DNA from: Vicugna vicugna
Taxonomy: Eukaryota
Reading direction: 5' to 3'
Assembly: GCA_013265495.1 (NCBI GenBank)
Contig: MU058714.1
Location: 1,614,001 to 1,674,000, forward strand
Length of the DNA: 60,000 nt
Of this stretch, positions 13,561-26,620 are shown one piece after another; within the stretch, counting starts at the first letter, position 1; every line of letters begins with the position of its first letter. The notes under the pieces were generated by a model. The model was given only the letters and a program-made list of their open reading frames with translations, did not search any database and had not been told where the DNA came from. The position numbers and the translations under genes were made by a program.

Positions 13561-16500
13561 CTCCTGAAAGGTGGGGGGGACACCTGGAAGCCTTGAGCTC
13601 TGCCTGCGTGCAGGTCCTGTCCAGTGAGGGTGATTGTTTCCCAGAGCGAGAAGTAATCACACTTTTTGCTTTTTTTTCTAAGAATGCTTGTGGGGCAGAG
13701 TAAGACAGAGCTTCCCTTGTCTCAGGGCAGGCCAGCCGAGGGAGGTTGGTTTTCTGGTGCTCTCACCACAAACAACAAAGGGCCAGAGGCACAAAGCATG
13801 TTCTGGCCGTCGGCCCTGCGCCAGGGAACCTGGGCTGTGGCCCTGTGGGTCCTGTGGGCAAGGGCAGCCACCTGGCCACCCAGAGCAGCCTGGGTCCCAC
13901 GCTGGACCCCTGGGAGGGATTGGCACCTGTGTCCCTGGCTGACCCAGCCATCCCTCAAGCCTCAGAGTGTCCACCAGCAAAGGCAGGATTAGCAAAAGTT
14001 GGGGGTGGGGCTGAAGCCGGGAGCGTTTCTGAGACCTAGCTCATCCTGGGAGAGGCCAGTACAGGCCCTGATAGCCCCCAGGGCCAGGTAGGAAGGTGCG
14101 TTTTCCCTTCTCGTGCCTGTTCTGTTTTACTTTCTGGATGCCCCCGCAGGTCCCTGCGCTCCCTCATCCCCCACCCCCGACCGCGCGCCTGGAGGATCAG
14201 GCTCACTGTCCCTGCCCAGCGTGGGCACAGCCTCCGGGAGCTTTTGGAGCCCTCCGTGGCACCAGGCCAGCCTAGAGTCATGGTCTGTGGGCCAAGGCTC
14301 CTTTGGGCGTCACTGCCCCTTGCCCCACCCCCCAGGTGCTGTTTTGCTGCAGAGCACTGGGGGCGGGGGTGGGGAGGCCTGCGGCCTCCGGAGCCTGGCC
14401 TCCCTCTGGCCCAGGAAGCACGTGGCCATGTGCTGGGGTGCAACAGGAAGTGCCAGCAGCTGTGGAGACCTCGGAGGGAGACCCTGGCCAGGATTTTTAT
14501 CTCTCTGCCCAGTCTTTGGAAAAAGTATTCTAAAGTAACTTGGTCTCTCCATTTGCCTTATGTCTTGGCTCAACTCTCTCAGTGGTTTCTCACCTGGACG
14601 AGGGCTGCTGCCGGTGTGGCCACCCTGCCCCCAGGCCTAGGCCCTCTGTTCCCGGCTCACTGCACGCTGAGAGAAACTGAGGCAGCAGAGTCAATAGCCT
14701 TCCCCAGCGGGTCCCCCCAGGATGTGGCTGGGCTGGACAGAGTGGGGTCCACAGGGATGGACTCCAAGGCGCCCTTTCCCTGTGTACCCCCAGATTCCCA
14801 CCCCTGTCTTCCGAGTCTCCCATGTTTCTTCAGGTCATCTGAGTCCCCGTAACTCTGTCCCTCTCGGAAGTCAGGTGTGGCTACAAGGTGGGCCTCTGGA
14901 CTTGCCCAGTGTCTTCACCTAAAGTGTGGGGTTGATGACTGCCCCACGGCAGGTGGGATGTTTCTCATGGGCCTGGTAGGCTCATGTGTCGGCTGGTGGT
15001 ATCCAGCGGAGGTTGGCTCTGGGTGTGGACACAGAGTCCTAGCCCCACTCCCCAGCTGGTGCCCTGCCAAAGGGGGTGCTGGTAGCACTTGGCCCACAAG
15101 GTTAGTGTGAGGCTGTAAAGGTGGAAGGTTGTGGAAAAGGGCTCAGGGCAGAGCTGGCCTGGATGGGCCCCAGGTGGAGTACCTCTCTGAGCTGGTGTGG
15201 CCGCTTCCCCGCAGGTGCACCTGCAGACGCAGCAGGAGGTGAAGCTGCGCATGACTGGCATGGCGCTGCAGGTGGTGCGCTCTGACGGCGTGCTGGCGCT
15301 CTACAATGGGCTGAGTGCCTCCCTGTGCAGACAGGTGCATCTGGGGGCTCCCCCACCCCGGGTGGCGGGTCCCTGAGGTCCTGGTCCCAGAGCCCGCACT
15401 CAGTCCCAGCAGGCAGGAAGGTCGCTGCCCCCTGGCCCCCAGGCTAGTTGTGGCTGCTTACACGGGAGGAACCTCAGGCAGGGGAGCCAACAGCGCCCAG
15501 GGTGGCGGGTGGGAGGTGCTTCTGCCTTGCACAGGGTCAGCCACTGTCACAGTGGCCCGAGACCTCCACCTTCGGGTGGGAAACTGAGCCCAGGGAGGGG
15601 AGAGGAGGGTGTGAGGCCTGGACTCAGCCCCAGGTTTGTGAGTTGGCTCAGCTGCTTGCTGGCTATGTGGCCTTGGGCGTGTCCCTTGGTGCCCCATGGT
15701 CCACGTGGAGACCATTGCACTGGAGGACCAGGGCTGTGAAGTGTGCCCAGCGCCATCCGCCCGCAGCATCTGAGTGGGGCCCCTTCTCAGATGACCTACT
15801 CCCTGACTCGGTTCGCCATCTACGAGACCGTGCGGGACCAGGTAACCAAAGGCAGCCAGGGCCCCCTGCCCTTCTACCAGAAGGTCTTGCTGGGCTCCCT
15901 CAGCGGTGAGTGGCCAAGGGCGAGTGGGGCGGGCGAGGGTGGTGGGCAGTGCCAGGGGTCACGGGGTGGCTTGTTGTACCAGGTTGCATCGGCGGCTTCG
16001 TGGGGACCCCCGCGGACATGGTCAACGTCAGGTCAGTGTGGCCCCCGAGGCCAGGGTCTCGCTGTCCCCTGAGAGCCAACCTCATTCACTGGGGTTGTGG
16101 GTGTTCAGCCTGGAACAGGCCACTCGGACCTTGGGGTCCTGGACACTGGGGGTGGCGCTGAGCCTGTGGCAGGGCAGCCCCCAGTGGGCCGGCCGCTCGC
16201 TGTCGCCCCCTGGCGTGTGTTGGGGTGGTGTCTGGCCCTACTGCCCCGCTGAGCCCCTGCTTGTTTCAGGATGCAGAATGACATGAAGCTGCCCCAGAGC
16301 CAGCGCCGAAAGTGAGTAGCACGCTCTGCCTGCAGGGTGGGGCCGGGGGGTCGGGGTGGAGGAGCCCCCAGAGTGGCTCTGCCAGGACGCAGCCGGGACT
16401 CGCCTGTGGGATCCCATGGAGCTGGCTGACAGCTTCTGGAAACAGGCGTAGTGCACACCTCTGGTCCTCTCCTTGTGGGAGGAGGACCCCAGGGCTGGTC

Positions 16501-18510
16501 ACCGCCTCTCCCGCGTGCACCTGCGTGCACCCACGGGGAGGGTGGTTTGGAAGTGGAAGTGAGTGTGGACCTTCGAAAGGCTTTGGGTGCAGGGATTAGT
16601 TTTTCTTTCTGTGATGAAAGCACCATGTTGGTGAAACGTAGGGTGCTAGGGAGTCTAAGGTTCTGGCTGGGGACTGTCGCTGCGCTAGGTTCCGGGCGTC
16701 GGCCCAGTCAGCTCAGGGGGCTTGTGGCTGCAGGTGAGCGCGTTGTCTGCTCTGGCTGGAGCGTCAGCCCCGGGGAAGGTGGACGAGTGAACCAGGGGAG
16801 AGGGGGCCCCACGGGGCGTCCCGTCCTCCTTCCCTCTGTAATGGCCTGCAGACAGGACCCGCCTCGGAGCTGGCAGCCCCCAGAGGGCGTTTCCCTCCCT
16901 CTTCAAGCCCTGAACTCCTGTGAGCAGGGAGACAGGAAGCCATTGTCCTCTGGCCCTTTTGACACTCAGCACCTCCTGGCCTGGGATGGGGCCGTGGCTC
17001 CCATGAGGGGGGGTAGAAGCTCATGTGGGCCCACTCTGTCCCTGACAGCTATGCCCACGCCCTGGATGGCCTGTGCCGTGTGGCCCGAGAAGGTGAGAGG
17101 TGGGAGGGCTGGGCTGGGACCCAGGAGTGGGGCCTGGGTGGGGAGGGGTTTGGGCTGGGCACCCGACCTCTCCCCTCCCCCGGCAGAGGGTCTGAAGAAG
17201 CTCTTCTCAGGCGCGACCATGGCGTCCAGTCGAGGGATGTTGGTCACCGTGGGTCAGGTAGGGTTTCTGCTTGCGGTGGGGTTCTGGGGCCCTGTGAGAA
17301 GTCCCAGAGGAAGGCAGTGGGCATGGAACACGGGTGGGGCTGGGGCGTGTCTGTGGTGGGTGTGGTGACCGTAGATGACCCAGCAGAGTGGGTACTGGTC
17401 AGTCCAGCTGGTGTCATTATGGGCCCCTTTTGGCTTCCCCCCGAGTTGGGCTCTGTCCTTTGGGCCCTGACTGTCCCTGCCACCCCACAGCTGTCCTGCT
17501 ATGACCAAGCCAAGCAGCTGGTCCTCAGCACCGGGTACTTGTCCGACAGCATCTTCACTCACTTTATCGCCAGCTTCATCGCGGTGAGTGGCGGGGTGGG
17601 GCCTCCCTGGGGGCCCTGGGATGAGGGCGGGGCTCAGTGGCAGGCGGCTTGGACGAGTTAGACTGAACAGGTGGGCGCCAGGGTCCTGGGGAGGAGCCCA
17701 CAGGCCGGGGCTGTTCCTGGTGTCCCCATGGCCTGGGGAGGCCCGTTGGTGATGACCCTGCACCCCAGGGCGGATGCGCCACTGTCCTGTGCCAGCCCCT
17801 GGACGTGCTGAAGACCCGCCTGATGAACGCCAAGGGCGAATATCGGGTGAGTGGGGCCCCGCCCTGCAGGTCTGCTTCCTTGTCGCGGGTGTGGACGCGG
17901 CTGTCCCCCTCCACCCGTGACTGCGTCCCTCCCAGGGCCCCATGTGTGTTTAACAGAGCAAGCCGGTCACTGCAGTCAGTGAAACTTCACATGGTGCCTT
18001 TATGAAGGGGGCAGGTCCCACCCCCCAGCCCCCACCAGCACGCACCGCGTCTTCTGTGGGTTTCGGCACCACAGCACCCTGGGGTGTGCTCCTGGGGTCT
18101 AGTTTTGAGCAGGCAGCCCTTGACCTTTGTGGCCCCCAGCCCCACCTCCTGCTCTTACCGTTGAACCTCCAGGCTGCTCTGCGGGGCTCACACCCACCCT
18201 CAGTGTGACCAGAGTGGGGGGGATTCACGCCTCTCCAGAAGCGGCCTCTGTATTGCGGGGTTCTGCGTTTTCTGCAGGGTGTTCTGCACTGCGCCATGGA
18301 GACAGCAAAGCTCGGGCCGCTGGCCTTCTACAAGGTTCGTGGGGGTGGCGTGGGGCAGGGGCCCCGTGGGCCTGTTGGGGCTCTTCACACCCTTCCTTCC
18401 TCCCTCAGGGCCTCGTGCCTGCGGGCATCCGCCTCATGCCCCACACCGTGCTCACGTTTGTGTTTCTGGAACAGCTCCGCAAACACTTTGGCATCAAAGT
18501 GCCATCGTGA
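13087..18510 (+). CDS. SLC25A10: Mitochondrial dicarboxylate carrier (DIC), 287 aa
   Basis: Exons 13087-13179, 15215-15334, 15791-15905, 15983-16031, 16270-16311, 17049-17092, 17187-17257, 17491-17583, 17769-17846, 18278-18334, 18409-18510 total 864 nt, all GT-AG. N-terminus MAAEARVSRWYFGGLASCGAACCTHPLDLLKV. Three carrier signature motifs PLDLLK, PADMVNVR and PLDVLKTR. Confidence 0.97.
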
Positions 18511-19464
18511 TGTGGCCGTGGCAACAGCTGGGTCAGGCCTGGGCCCCTTCTCCCCGCAACAGTTTCTTCCAGAGTGTGGGAGGGTCGGCAGCTGAGCACT
18601 GCCCTGAGCCCAGCACCTGCCCGCAGTGCTCTGGCCCCTCCTCGTGGCCCAGGACCCCCGCCCCAGCCCGCCTGGTCAGCCCTTCGACCTTCGACCCCTC
18701 GCGAGCTACCAGCTTCACCTTCACCCCCCGCCCCGGGCTCTCCCTGCCTGGGCTTCCAGCGGCCTGCTCTGCCCACCCCTCAGAGGGGGTGTCCAGGCCC
18801 CAGGTTTGGTTTTCTCTCCTCTCCCCGAGTAGGCAGTTATCGCTGGAGTTGGGAGGGCGTGTTGTCTCGGCTCTATGGGCTCGGGTCTCCAGCCCCTGAA
18901 GGCTCCTCCTTCCACCGCGCCCAGGGTCCGCAGCACCGTCTCCCACCGCGCCCGCTGAGGGTCCTGGGTGGCAGGGCGGGGGAGGCCCCAGCACCACTCC
19001 CCAGATGACACGTGTACCTGCGCTTTCATCCTCAGAGAGGGACCATCGCTTTTATGACGTTCCCAAGGCAGCTGTGCCCCCACAGCTCCCAGGCCGGTGC
19101 AGAGGGGCCCCCAGGGGGAGGGTCTGGGTGCCACCCGCACCCCCCCGCCCCCGCCGTTGCTTTAACAGCTAGTTTCACCAGAACTCTCAGTGCCAGCAGG
19201 CTCTCTGCTGTCTTCAGGGGGTGTGCAGTGTCCCCTCCTGGCTCCCTGGGCAGGGCTGGGGTGGCTTGGGGGTCTCCTGTCTGGGGATGGTCACCTGCAA
19301 GGCCCCCAGCAGCTGATCAGCCTGATGCCACCACCCAGGTTCCTCTGCCAAAGCAGCCTGCAGGGGGACTGGGGGCTGCGTCCACCTCCCCCGTTCCCTG
19401 GGCACTGTGTTCTCCCCACCCCCCAGCAAGTGGCCAGCGGGCCAGCGTCGCCCTGCGCGGCGTT

Positions 19465-19470
19465 AATAAA
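19465..19470 (+). terminator. SLC25A10: SLC25A10 polyadenylation signal AATAAA
   Basis: First canonical hexamer seen after the stop (about 955 nt), followed by a G/T-rich stretch. Confidence 0.75.
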
Positions 19471-21489
19471 GGCGGTGAAGAGTCTGGTTTCTGCGTCCAG
19501 GGCACTAACTGGCCTGCAGGTTGCCGTGCTTTCGGGCGCTCAAGACCCCCTCTGCACCGTCCAGGGAGGGCTTCTGGGTTCGTGGACAGGCAGGGGAGAA
19601 GCTGCACCCCTGGCGATGCACTGAGTGGCTGGGGGCCGAGGACTGGGGGTGTGGAGCCCCCAGGGCTGCCCCTTCCCAGCAGGCGCCTGTGTTTTCAGAG
19701 TTCCCAGAGGGGCTGGGAGCCCCTGGTTCTGTGGACTGCATGCCCTGGGACAGAGGGGCAGGGTCGGTGTGAGCGTTACCAGGCAGCCTTTTGATGTCCT
19801 GAGACAGACAGGTAGGTGCCCTGGGCAGCTCATCCAGACGTCAGGACCTCTGACCCCCAGAGTGCCACGCAACCTTGGGAGCGTATGGAAAACGGGGCTT
19901 CAGGTTGTGGTGGTCACACAGCTCTGAATGTCCTGGAAACAGCTGTGTTTCAACAAAGCTGTTAACTTCAGAAAACCAGGGAACTGCACCCACATGCCCG
20001 CCCAGCCCCAGTGGCGAGCTCTCACCAGGCCGTCTGCCTTCACCCCCCGGACCCTTCCCCACCGCGACTGGGTTATTTAGAAGCCGACCCCAGAGGTCCT
20101 GTCATTTATAGATAAAATGCGAGCACATGTCCCTAAAAATGGTCTTTGAAAAAATTCTAACTGCAACAGTAATTCACTCTACATAAGAAACGTGACGGTC
20201 CACCTGGTTGACTTACTGTCATCAAAACGCCCGGGGCCCACATGCCTGTCGTGAGGTTGGTTCTGTCTGAACGAGCCCAGCTGAGGTCTCCTGTTCAGTC
20301 TCCGTTGCCAGCGACCCCTCAACGCCCTTTCAGAGTAAGTCAAGTCCTTAATCCGGTCGCCTCTCCTGTCAGACTTGGCCCCTTCCTCCACCTGTGAATT
20401 TTCTAAAACCAGCAGATAGATCTGGATTAGGGTCTTGTTTCTGGTGACAGTACTGGGTGTGCTGCAGCACCCGGGGTGCGGGGTCTGGCCGGTTGGGAGG
20501 TCAGGGCAAAGCAGCCATTGCCTTGGAAACGCACAGAGGATGGAGCCCAGACTTCTGGGCCCCAGGGTGGGCAGGGGGCATCTCGCTGGGGGTCTGACAC
20601 CGCAGGGATGAGCAAACGCAGGCCCGAATCTGCCCCAGCACCCAGGTGGGAAGCCACAGCCCACGTGGTCCGGCGGGAGGGGAGGGTGCGATGACGCCTG
20701 TGGGACAAGCTGCCGCTTCTCTCCTGTGGGCCCCAGTTAAAAAGGCAGGAAATTCCAGAAATGTTGGCCACTCAGGGCACCTCCTCTGTCCTTAAAGCTG
20801 CTTTGATTTGGAGCTCCAGAGTCCTCTTACCCTGCCCGCAAAAGTGCCCCTGACAACCTGGGAAGCTGGCATCTCACCAGCCTCCTCCCAGCCTGTCCAG
20901 TCTACGTGGCACCTCCCTGGACCCATGTCAGGGAGAAAGGGCCCCGTCTGGCTTGGCAGGGGTGGGGAGGGACTGCGGGATGGGGTGCAGAGGGTGGACC
21001 GGGGGCCTACCCACCTGCCCTGCAGGGGCCGTGGCTCCCTGGACGGGGCCCAGAGGAAAGGAGGCGGCGGGTCCAGGGCAGCAGGAAGGTCCGGGCGGGT
21101 CGGAGGGCGAGGCCCTCCCCGCGGGTTCTCCACCAGTGTGAGCACAGGACCGGCCCCACCTCAGGCTCCCGACCCCCCGCGAATGCAGCCCACAGACTAG
21201 GCGCGTGGGTGGGAGGGGAAGCTCTATTTCCTGACTCAGACTCCGCCTTCCTTCCCGAAAGAAAGATGAGAGTTTATATAAAAAGTTACGCAATGAGTAT
21301 TGGTTGTCGAGAAGCTTCAGCCAGGGCGCCGAGGCCGGTCAGCGGGGAGAGGACAGTCTTTTGGATAAATGGTGCGGGACGTGTGGACGTCCACGTGCAG
21401 GAGAGTGAGCTGGGACCCTTCCCACGCAGGCGCAGGACCCTTCCTTGGAAGGGATCACAGAGCCGAAGCTAACGCTGGTAGTAGAGCTT

Positions 21490-21580
21490 GGGGGGCGGGT
21501 GGAGCTCGGGGGGAGAGCGCGTTCTTAGTGTGCATGAGGTCCTGGGTTCAATCCCCAGTACCTCCATCAGAACAAATGTA
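21490..21580 (+). mobile_element. tRNA-Ala-derived SINE (camelid vic-1 type)
   Basis: ggagctcgggggagagcgcgttcttagtgtgcatgaggtcctgggttcaatccccagtacctcca matches the tRNA-Ala(AGC)-like SINE head, including the B box. Confidence 0.8.
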
Positions 21581-21890
21581 AAACCTGTAGAAACGGACAA
21601 AGACCACGCATGAGAGGGCAAGCAGGGGCCGCGCGCCCAGAGCCGCGCGCCCAGAGCCCCGGCGGGCGGGCAGCACCGCCCCCAAGGCAGGCAGAGGAGG
21701 GAACAGCTTCAGCGGGAAAAGGGGGCCCAAGTGCACGCGCGCGGGGGCCGTGGGCCTGGGGAAGCCGCGGGCTGCCGAGTGGAGGTGCCGCAGCCCTGTG
21801 GTCAGCTGGGAGCCTGCTTGGCTTTCTCTGCCGGGTCCTGCGCTGGAAGCGGAGGCAGAAGTTAGGGAAGCTGGCAGTTACTGGCCAAAT
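21580..21890. mobile_element. LTR-like repeat, copy A (homologous to 29150-29420 in opposite orientation); probably an ERVL-class solo-LTR fragment
   Basis: gcctgcttggctttctctg...gctggaagcggaggcagaagttagggaagctggcagttactggccaa is nearly the reverse complement of 29151-29250. Family assignment is from recall only. Confidence 0.55.
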
Positions 21891-22769
21891 TTGGGCTGAT
21901 TGCTACAGGGGCTTCGAAACACATCCACACACAAACTCACACGAATCTTCAGCAAGTGTCACTCACAACAACGCAAAGGTGGAAACCACCAAACGCCCAC
22001 CACCTGCCGAGGACGTGGGTAAGGAGTCGTGGACGTGCGCAGCACGGGGCCATCTGGCCGGGAAGAGCGAGGTGCTGACCTGCGCTACAGCCCCAGATGA
22101 GCCCTGAAGACGTGTCCCCTGGGAGTGAGAAGCCGGTCGCAGAAACCCGTGTCATTACGTGACTCCGTCTGCATGAAGCGTGCAGAGCAGGCAGATCCGG
22201 AGACACAGAGCAGCTCAGTGGGGTGGGGGCCGGGGTGGGGCAGGGGAGTGGCTGCTGAAGGCAAGTCAGGGCCGCGTTCCAGAACACATGCTCGCTTGTG
22301 ATGGCCGCACAGCTAGCTCCCTGAACTATGGACACCCGCCCACTCGTGCGCTCTCCATGGAGGGACTGCCCGGTGTCCCTCCCCGACCAGACTCTAGCCA
22401 GGCTCCTCTGCGCCCGGGTCTCCAGCAGCCCTAGAAAGACTCGGTTTCTGACAGCTCAGGCCCATCCCCAGGGTGACCCCAGTCCCCCCCGAAACTCCAG
22501 CAGCCGCCAAGGGGTGGGCATCTCGGGCCCCTGTGGGAGCACAAGGCTTGCCTTGGACAAGTGCTGGTGATAAACCAGACAGGGTTGCGTGGCGGCCCAG
22601 CCCCTGCCTGCTGTGAAAGTGCCCATCTCCTGACTGCCCGGAGTCTCAGCCCTCCCCGTACCCCCGCTCGCAGTAAAACGCTGGTCACTGCTGCCCAAAC
22701 CACACCTGAGCTCAGTTCACACTGGAACTGCCCCCACTGAGAGTATGTTGCAGACTAGAACCTGCCCTC

Positions 22770-23040
22770 CATAGAAAACAAGCTATGCTTACCTAAGGGG
22801 AGGGGGCGGGGGAGGGTTAAATTGGGGATTTAGGATTTGCAGATACTAACTGTTATATATAAAATAGATAAGTAACAAGGTCCCACTGTACAGCACGGGG
22901 AACTGTGTTCAATACCTTGTAATAACCTATAATGAAAAAGAACGTATGTTATGTATAAATGTGTAACTGAATCACCGCTGGACACCAGAGACTAACACGA
23001 CATTGTAAATCAACTCTACTTCAATTAAAAAAATAAAAAC
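22770..23040 (+). mobile_element. Artiodactyl-type L1 3' end with poly(A) tail
   Basis: gatttgcagatactaactgttatatataaaatagataag...actgtacagcacggggaact...gtaaatcaactctacttcaattaaaaaaataaaa is a typical cetartiodactyl L1 3' terminus. Confidence 0.8.
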
Positions 23041-23051
23041 AGCTCCTTCGT

Positions 23052-23172
23052 ACTTTGTTTTTTTATAGGGGGAGTTGGTCAAGCTTACTGGTTTATTTGA
23101 TGGAGGTGCTGGGGATTGACCCCAGGACCTCATGCCTGCTAAGCACGTGCTCTGCCTCTGAGCTGTACCCTC
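23052..23172 (-). mobile_element. tRNA-Ala-derived SINE (vic-1 type)
   Basis: Reverse complement gagggtacagctcagaggcagagcacgtgcttagcaggcatgaggtcctggggtcaatccccagcacctcca with an A-rich tail. Confidence 0.8.
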
Positions 23173-23246
23173 TCACCTTGTCCTTTGCACTTTGGCGTCC
23201 GGCCGTGTTTGTCTGACAGTGAACCATGTCTCAGTGACGCTGTCTG

Positions 23247-23350
23247 GAGCTCCCCTGGACAGCGCGTATACTAAAATCAGAACGACACAGAGACTGGCGC
23301 GACCCCATGCAGGAGTGACGTGCAAATTCACACAACGCTCCACATTTTTT
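23247..23350 (+). pseudogene. Degenerate U6 snRNA pseudogene
   Basis: gagctcccctggacagcgcgtatactaaaatcagaacgacacagaga...gacgtgcaaattcacacaacgctccacattttt aligns along the length of U6, including the ACAGAGA box and terminal U-run, with many substitutions and a small deletion. Confidence 0.85.
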
Positions 23351-26300
23351 CAGTTAAAAAAGAACTCCCCGAGCAGTGCAGAGCAGTGCAGAGGAACGGA
23401 CAGCCCTGCCAGGGTCGGCGTAAGCGGCACAGCAAGGAAGCCGTCTGCTGAGACAGGACCACGCCCTGCGTGGCTGCTGACTGGGCCACACACACGGCAA
23501 ACGCGGTCTCACTACAGACTTTGTCCAGAAGGGAGACGAGCACATTTAACCTTGAAAAGAGAATTCGATCGATGCAAGGAGCCCATTAAACGAGGGATGC
23601 GGGTGCCTCCAGCGCCGACGGTGAGAGCCTCACCGGTGTGAGGGCGGCTGGGGACTCGGGATGGGGGTGTGAGGGCCTCTCTGTGCTGCACACTCTTTCC
23701 AAGTGCCCGTCCTGCTCTGCCCTTCGAACCAGCACTTCATGGAATTTTGGACCCTGGAATGAGGCTGCCAGCATTTGGGGCAGCTGGGGACAAAGGTCGA
23801 ATCTTGAAATCGGCCCAGAGGAGCACAGAGGGCCAGAAGGCGCAGGGAAGGGCGGGTGGCCTGAGAAGGGAGCTGGCCTCCCGGAGGCGAGTCCCTCTAT
23901 TTACAAACAGTTGTTCTAAGTCACCCATGCACCTCGATGCAAGTTCTCACACACGGCAGGGGTTTCTGGGGACAGTGCACCTCCTTCCAGCTGGACCCGG
24001 TCCCTGACCCCTTCTTGGAAGCACAATTGCAGCCACCAGGACTTGGGGTTTTTTTCCCACATTACTCAAACAGAAAAAAAGAAAAACAGAAGTGAGGCGG
24101 AAGAAACTCTGGTCATCGGAAAGTAATTTTCCGTAAGGGATGTTAGTTCTCAAAAGATGTTGGAAACAGCGGGGATGTGGAGCACACAGTTTTGTCCCCT
24201 CCCCCAACGCCACACCACCCTCGCCCCCACCTAACTGCTGCCAAGCCGGGGAGACTGGAAGGCGGTGGAAGGGGACCCAGACAGCACCCAGGGGACCAGT
24301 GCCGCCTCTGGAAGGCTGCTCTGGGCTCAGCGCCCATGCCGCCCCCTCCAGAGGCTAGACAGCCGGCTTCCCAGACCACCCAACTGCCTGGCTGGGCCAC
24401 ACGCACGGCAAAAGGGGCGAGGGCAGCTTGTCCTCGTGACCCAGTCACCATCTCGCTGGTGCTACAAGCCAGGGTCTGCCCCTGGCACAGAGGTTTTGCC
24501 TCCATCCTGTAGCAGCTAAGCTCTGGCGTTAATTCTGCCACCCAGACACCCAAGCCTCCCCAGCACCTCGCCGCGGGCCTGGCGGGGCGTCCAGGGTCCG
24601 AGACAGAGGGCCCGTCCTGGCTCCTAGGAGGAGGGGGGTGGAGGTCCTTCCTCCAGCCCTTTGAGGACAGTGACCCTGATCCTCTGGACATCTGCTCGCC
24701 CACCTGCCTGGGTTTCATTTGTGGGTAGTTTTTTCCAGAAAGGCTGGGTGGGGTTGGAGGTCTGGGGTCTGCCGATGCCTTTGGGCCTGGACCACTGCTT
24801 GGCTTCCGAAGCTTCCCGATTCCGTCCCACCGTCAACACCAACCCGATTCCCCACCGGCTCAGGGCGAAGGCTCTTGCTGAATCGAGACGGAAATGACTC
24901 TTTGGCCCTGAATTTCAGGAAAGCCGGGGCCTGTCTGTCTCGAGGCAGCCTGGTAGAGCTCTCCCCGGATCCAGGCTGAACGTCAGCTTCCCCACATCCG
25001 CCGTGGCTTCCGCTGTGCCTTCAAGAACATTTTCTGCCTCCTTTAAAGGGGCATTTCTGTCTTTTTCTCTGCCCCCGCACCACGGCCCAGCCTTCCCCGG
25101 AGCGTCCAGTGTGCCCCGCAGTCACACCCCAGCCCTCCAGCCCCTTCGGCCGGGGGGCGCTCCCCGCCCACGGCAGCACCCCCTCCTCTCTGAGAGCGGC
25201 GGCTGAAGGCAGAGACCCCTCTCTTCTCTCTGAGCCCCTCTGCTTCTTGCTCGGGTTAACTGTCCGCGGGTTGGGTGTCTGGTGTGTCCCGTGCTGGCCA
25301 TGGACTTTTCCTTTCCTTTTTTCCCCTTTTTCCCGCCACCTCCCTTCTTTCCTTCCTATTCCTGGCCCGCCCCGTTGGCAGGGTCCCTCAGCCCCTTCTC
25401 TGGGTCCTGCCTGGTCTCTGGGCCTCCTCTGCTCGGGAGTGGTTCAGTTCCCTGGCTCCTCCTCAGCTGTCCTCCCTCGACACCCGCAGGCCTAGAGCCA
25501 GAGTGGCCAGCCAGTGAACCTGCCTGGAGAGGGTGGCGCCCAGAGGGGGGGCGCTAACTGGGGGCCAGTCCCAGGGCAGGTGCTCCCGGATGGGGAGCTG
25601 CTGGGTGTGGAGCAGGGCGGTGGCTCACGGCCAGACACCGGCTGCCAGCGGCAGAGGCCTCCCGCAGCGGCACACTGGTCCCAGCTGGCCGAGGCGCTCC
25701 AGCTGCTGGCCCCGGCCTGCAGTGACAGCGCGGGGCCCGTGGCTCCCGTAGAAGGGGTGGAAGGGAGGCTGGCAGCTGACCAGAGGGCCTACGAGTGGCC
25801 TCCCGGTGGCCGGTCCTGCGGGCCCTGGGGGGACCTCCCCAAGAGCAAGTACGTGGGAAGACGCCCCGAGTGGTTTTAACAGTTTCAGTGACGTGTCAGC
25901 ACCATAACACACTGTGGACTGCACACAGCAGCAGTGCACGGTTTTACAAGTTTGTGCGGACCTCAGTCTGGGACCATCAGCCCAGTCAAGGTGCCGAACA
26001 CCCCCGTCGCCCCAGGGATCTCCTCCTGCCCCTCTCGGTCCTCCCCATCCTGGGACGGCCACCGAGCGGCCGCAGGCCTCTCCAGGTTCTTTACTGTGGA
26101 TTTTTATACTTTGCGCTTTTGTATGATGGAAACACGCAACGCGCTCCCTGCTTGTCTGAGATCCACCCCCGGCGTTCACGACATTTCCCGCGTGGGGCTG
26201 AGAAGCCTCGGGGTGCCTGTCCGCTCGCCCACGGACAGCCTGAGGGCTGCCTCCAGCTTGGGGACATTACAAAGCAGCTGTGAAGATCTGCACATGCCCA

Positions 26301-26529
26301 TTCCTCCTGGTAAATACCACCAGGAGACCGACAAGCTGCCCCCACAGCGGCTGCGCCATTTGCATCCACTCGGTAGCAGAGGAGGTTTCGAGTCCCACCA
26401 GCACTGGCTTCAACCAGTCTTTTTTTTGCCCATTCCACGACCGCTCCTGCCTCCACAGTCAAGATGCCGACACAACTCCACCTCTCGGAAGCTCAGCCTG
26501 GGAGAGTTAGCTCCTACGGCGCATCTTTT

Positions 26530-26620
26530 CCTTTCCTTCTTTCACGGAAGGACAGGGGACTGAACCCAGGACCTCGTGCACGCCACGCATGCGCCCTACC
26601 ACAGAGCGACACCCTCCCCC
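26530..26620 (-). mobile_element. tRNA-Ala-derived SINE (vic-1 type)
   Basis: ggggactgaacccaggacctcgtgcacgccacgcatgcgccctaccacagagcgacaccctcccc is the antisense SINE head. Confidence 0.75.

Larger units (their letters stand above)
21215..22330 (+). mobile_element. Old L1 (ORF2 3' end / 3'UTR) fragments, interrupted by a SINE and an LTR-like element
   Basis: gaggacagtcttttggataaatggtgcgggac...tggacgtccacgtgcag resembles the L1 ORF2 3' consensus. 21950-22330 resembles L1M 3'UTR. Boundaries approximate. Confidence 0.6.
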
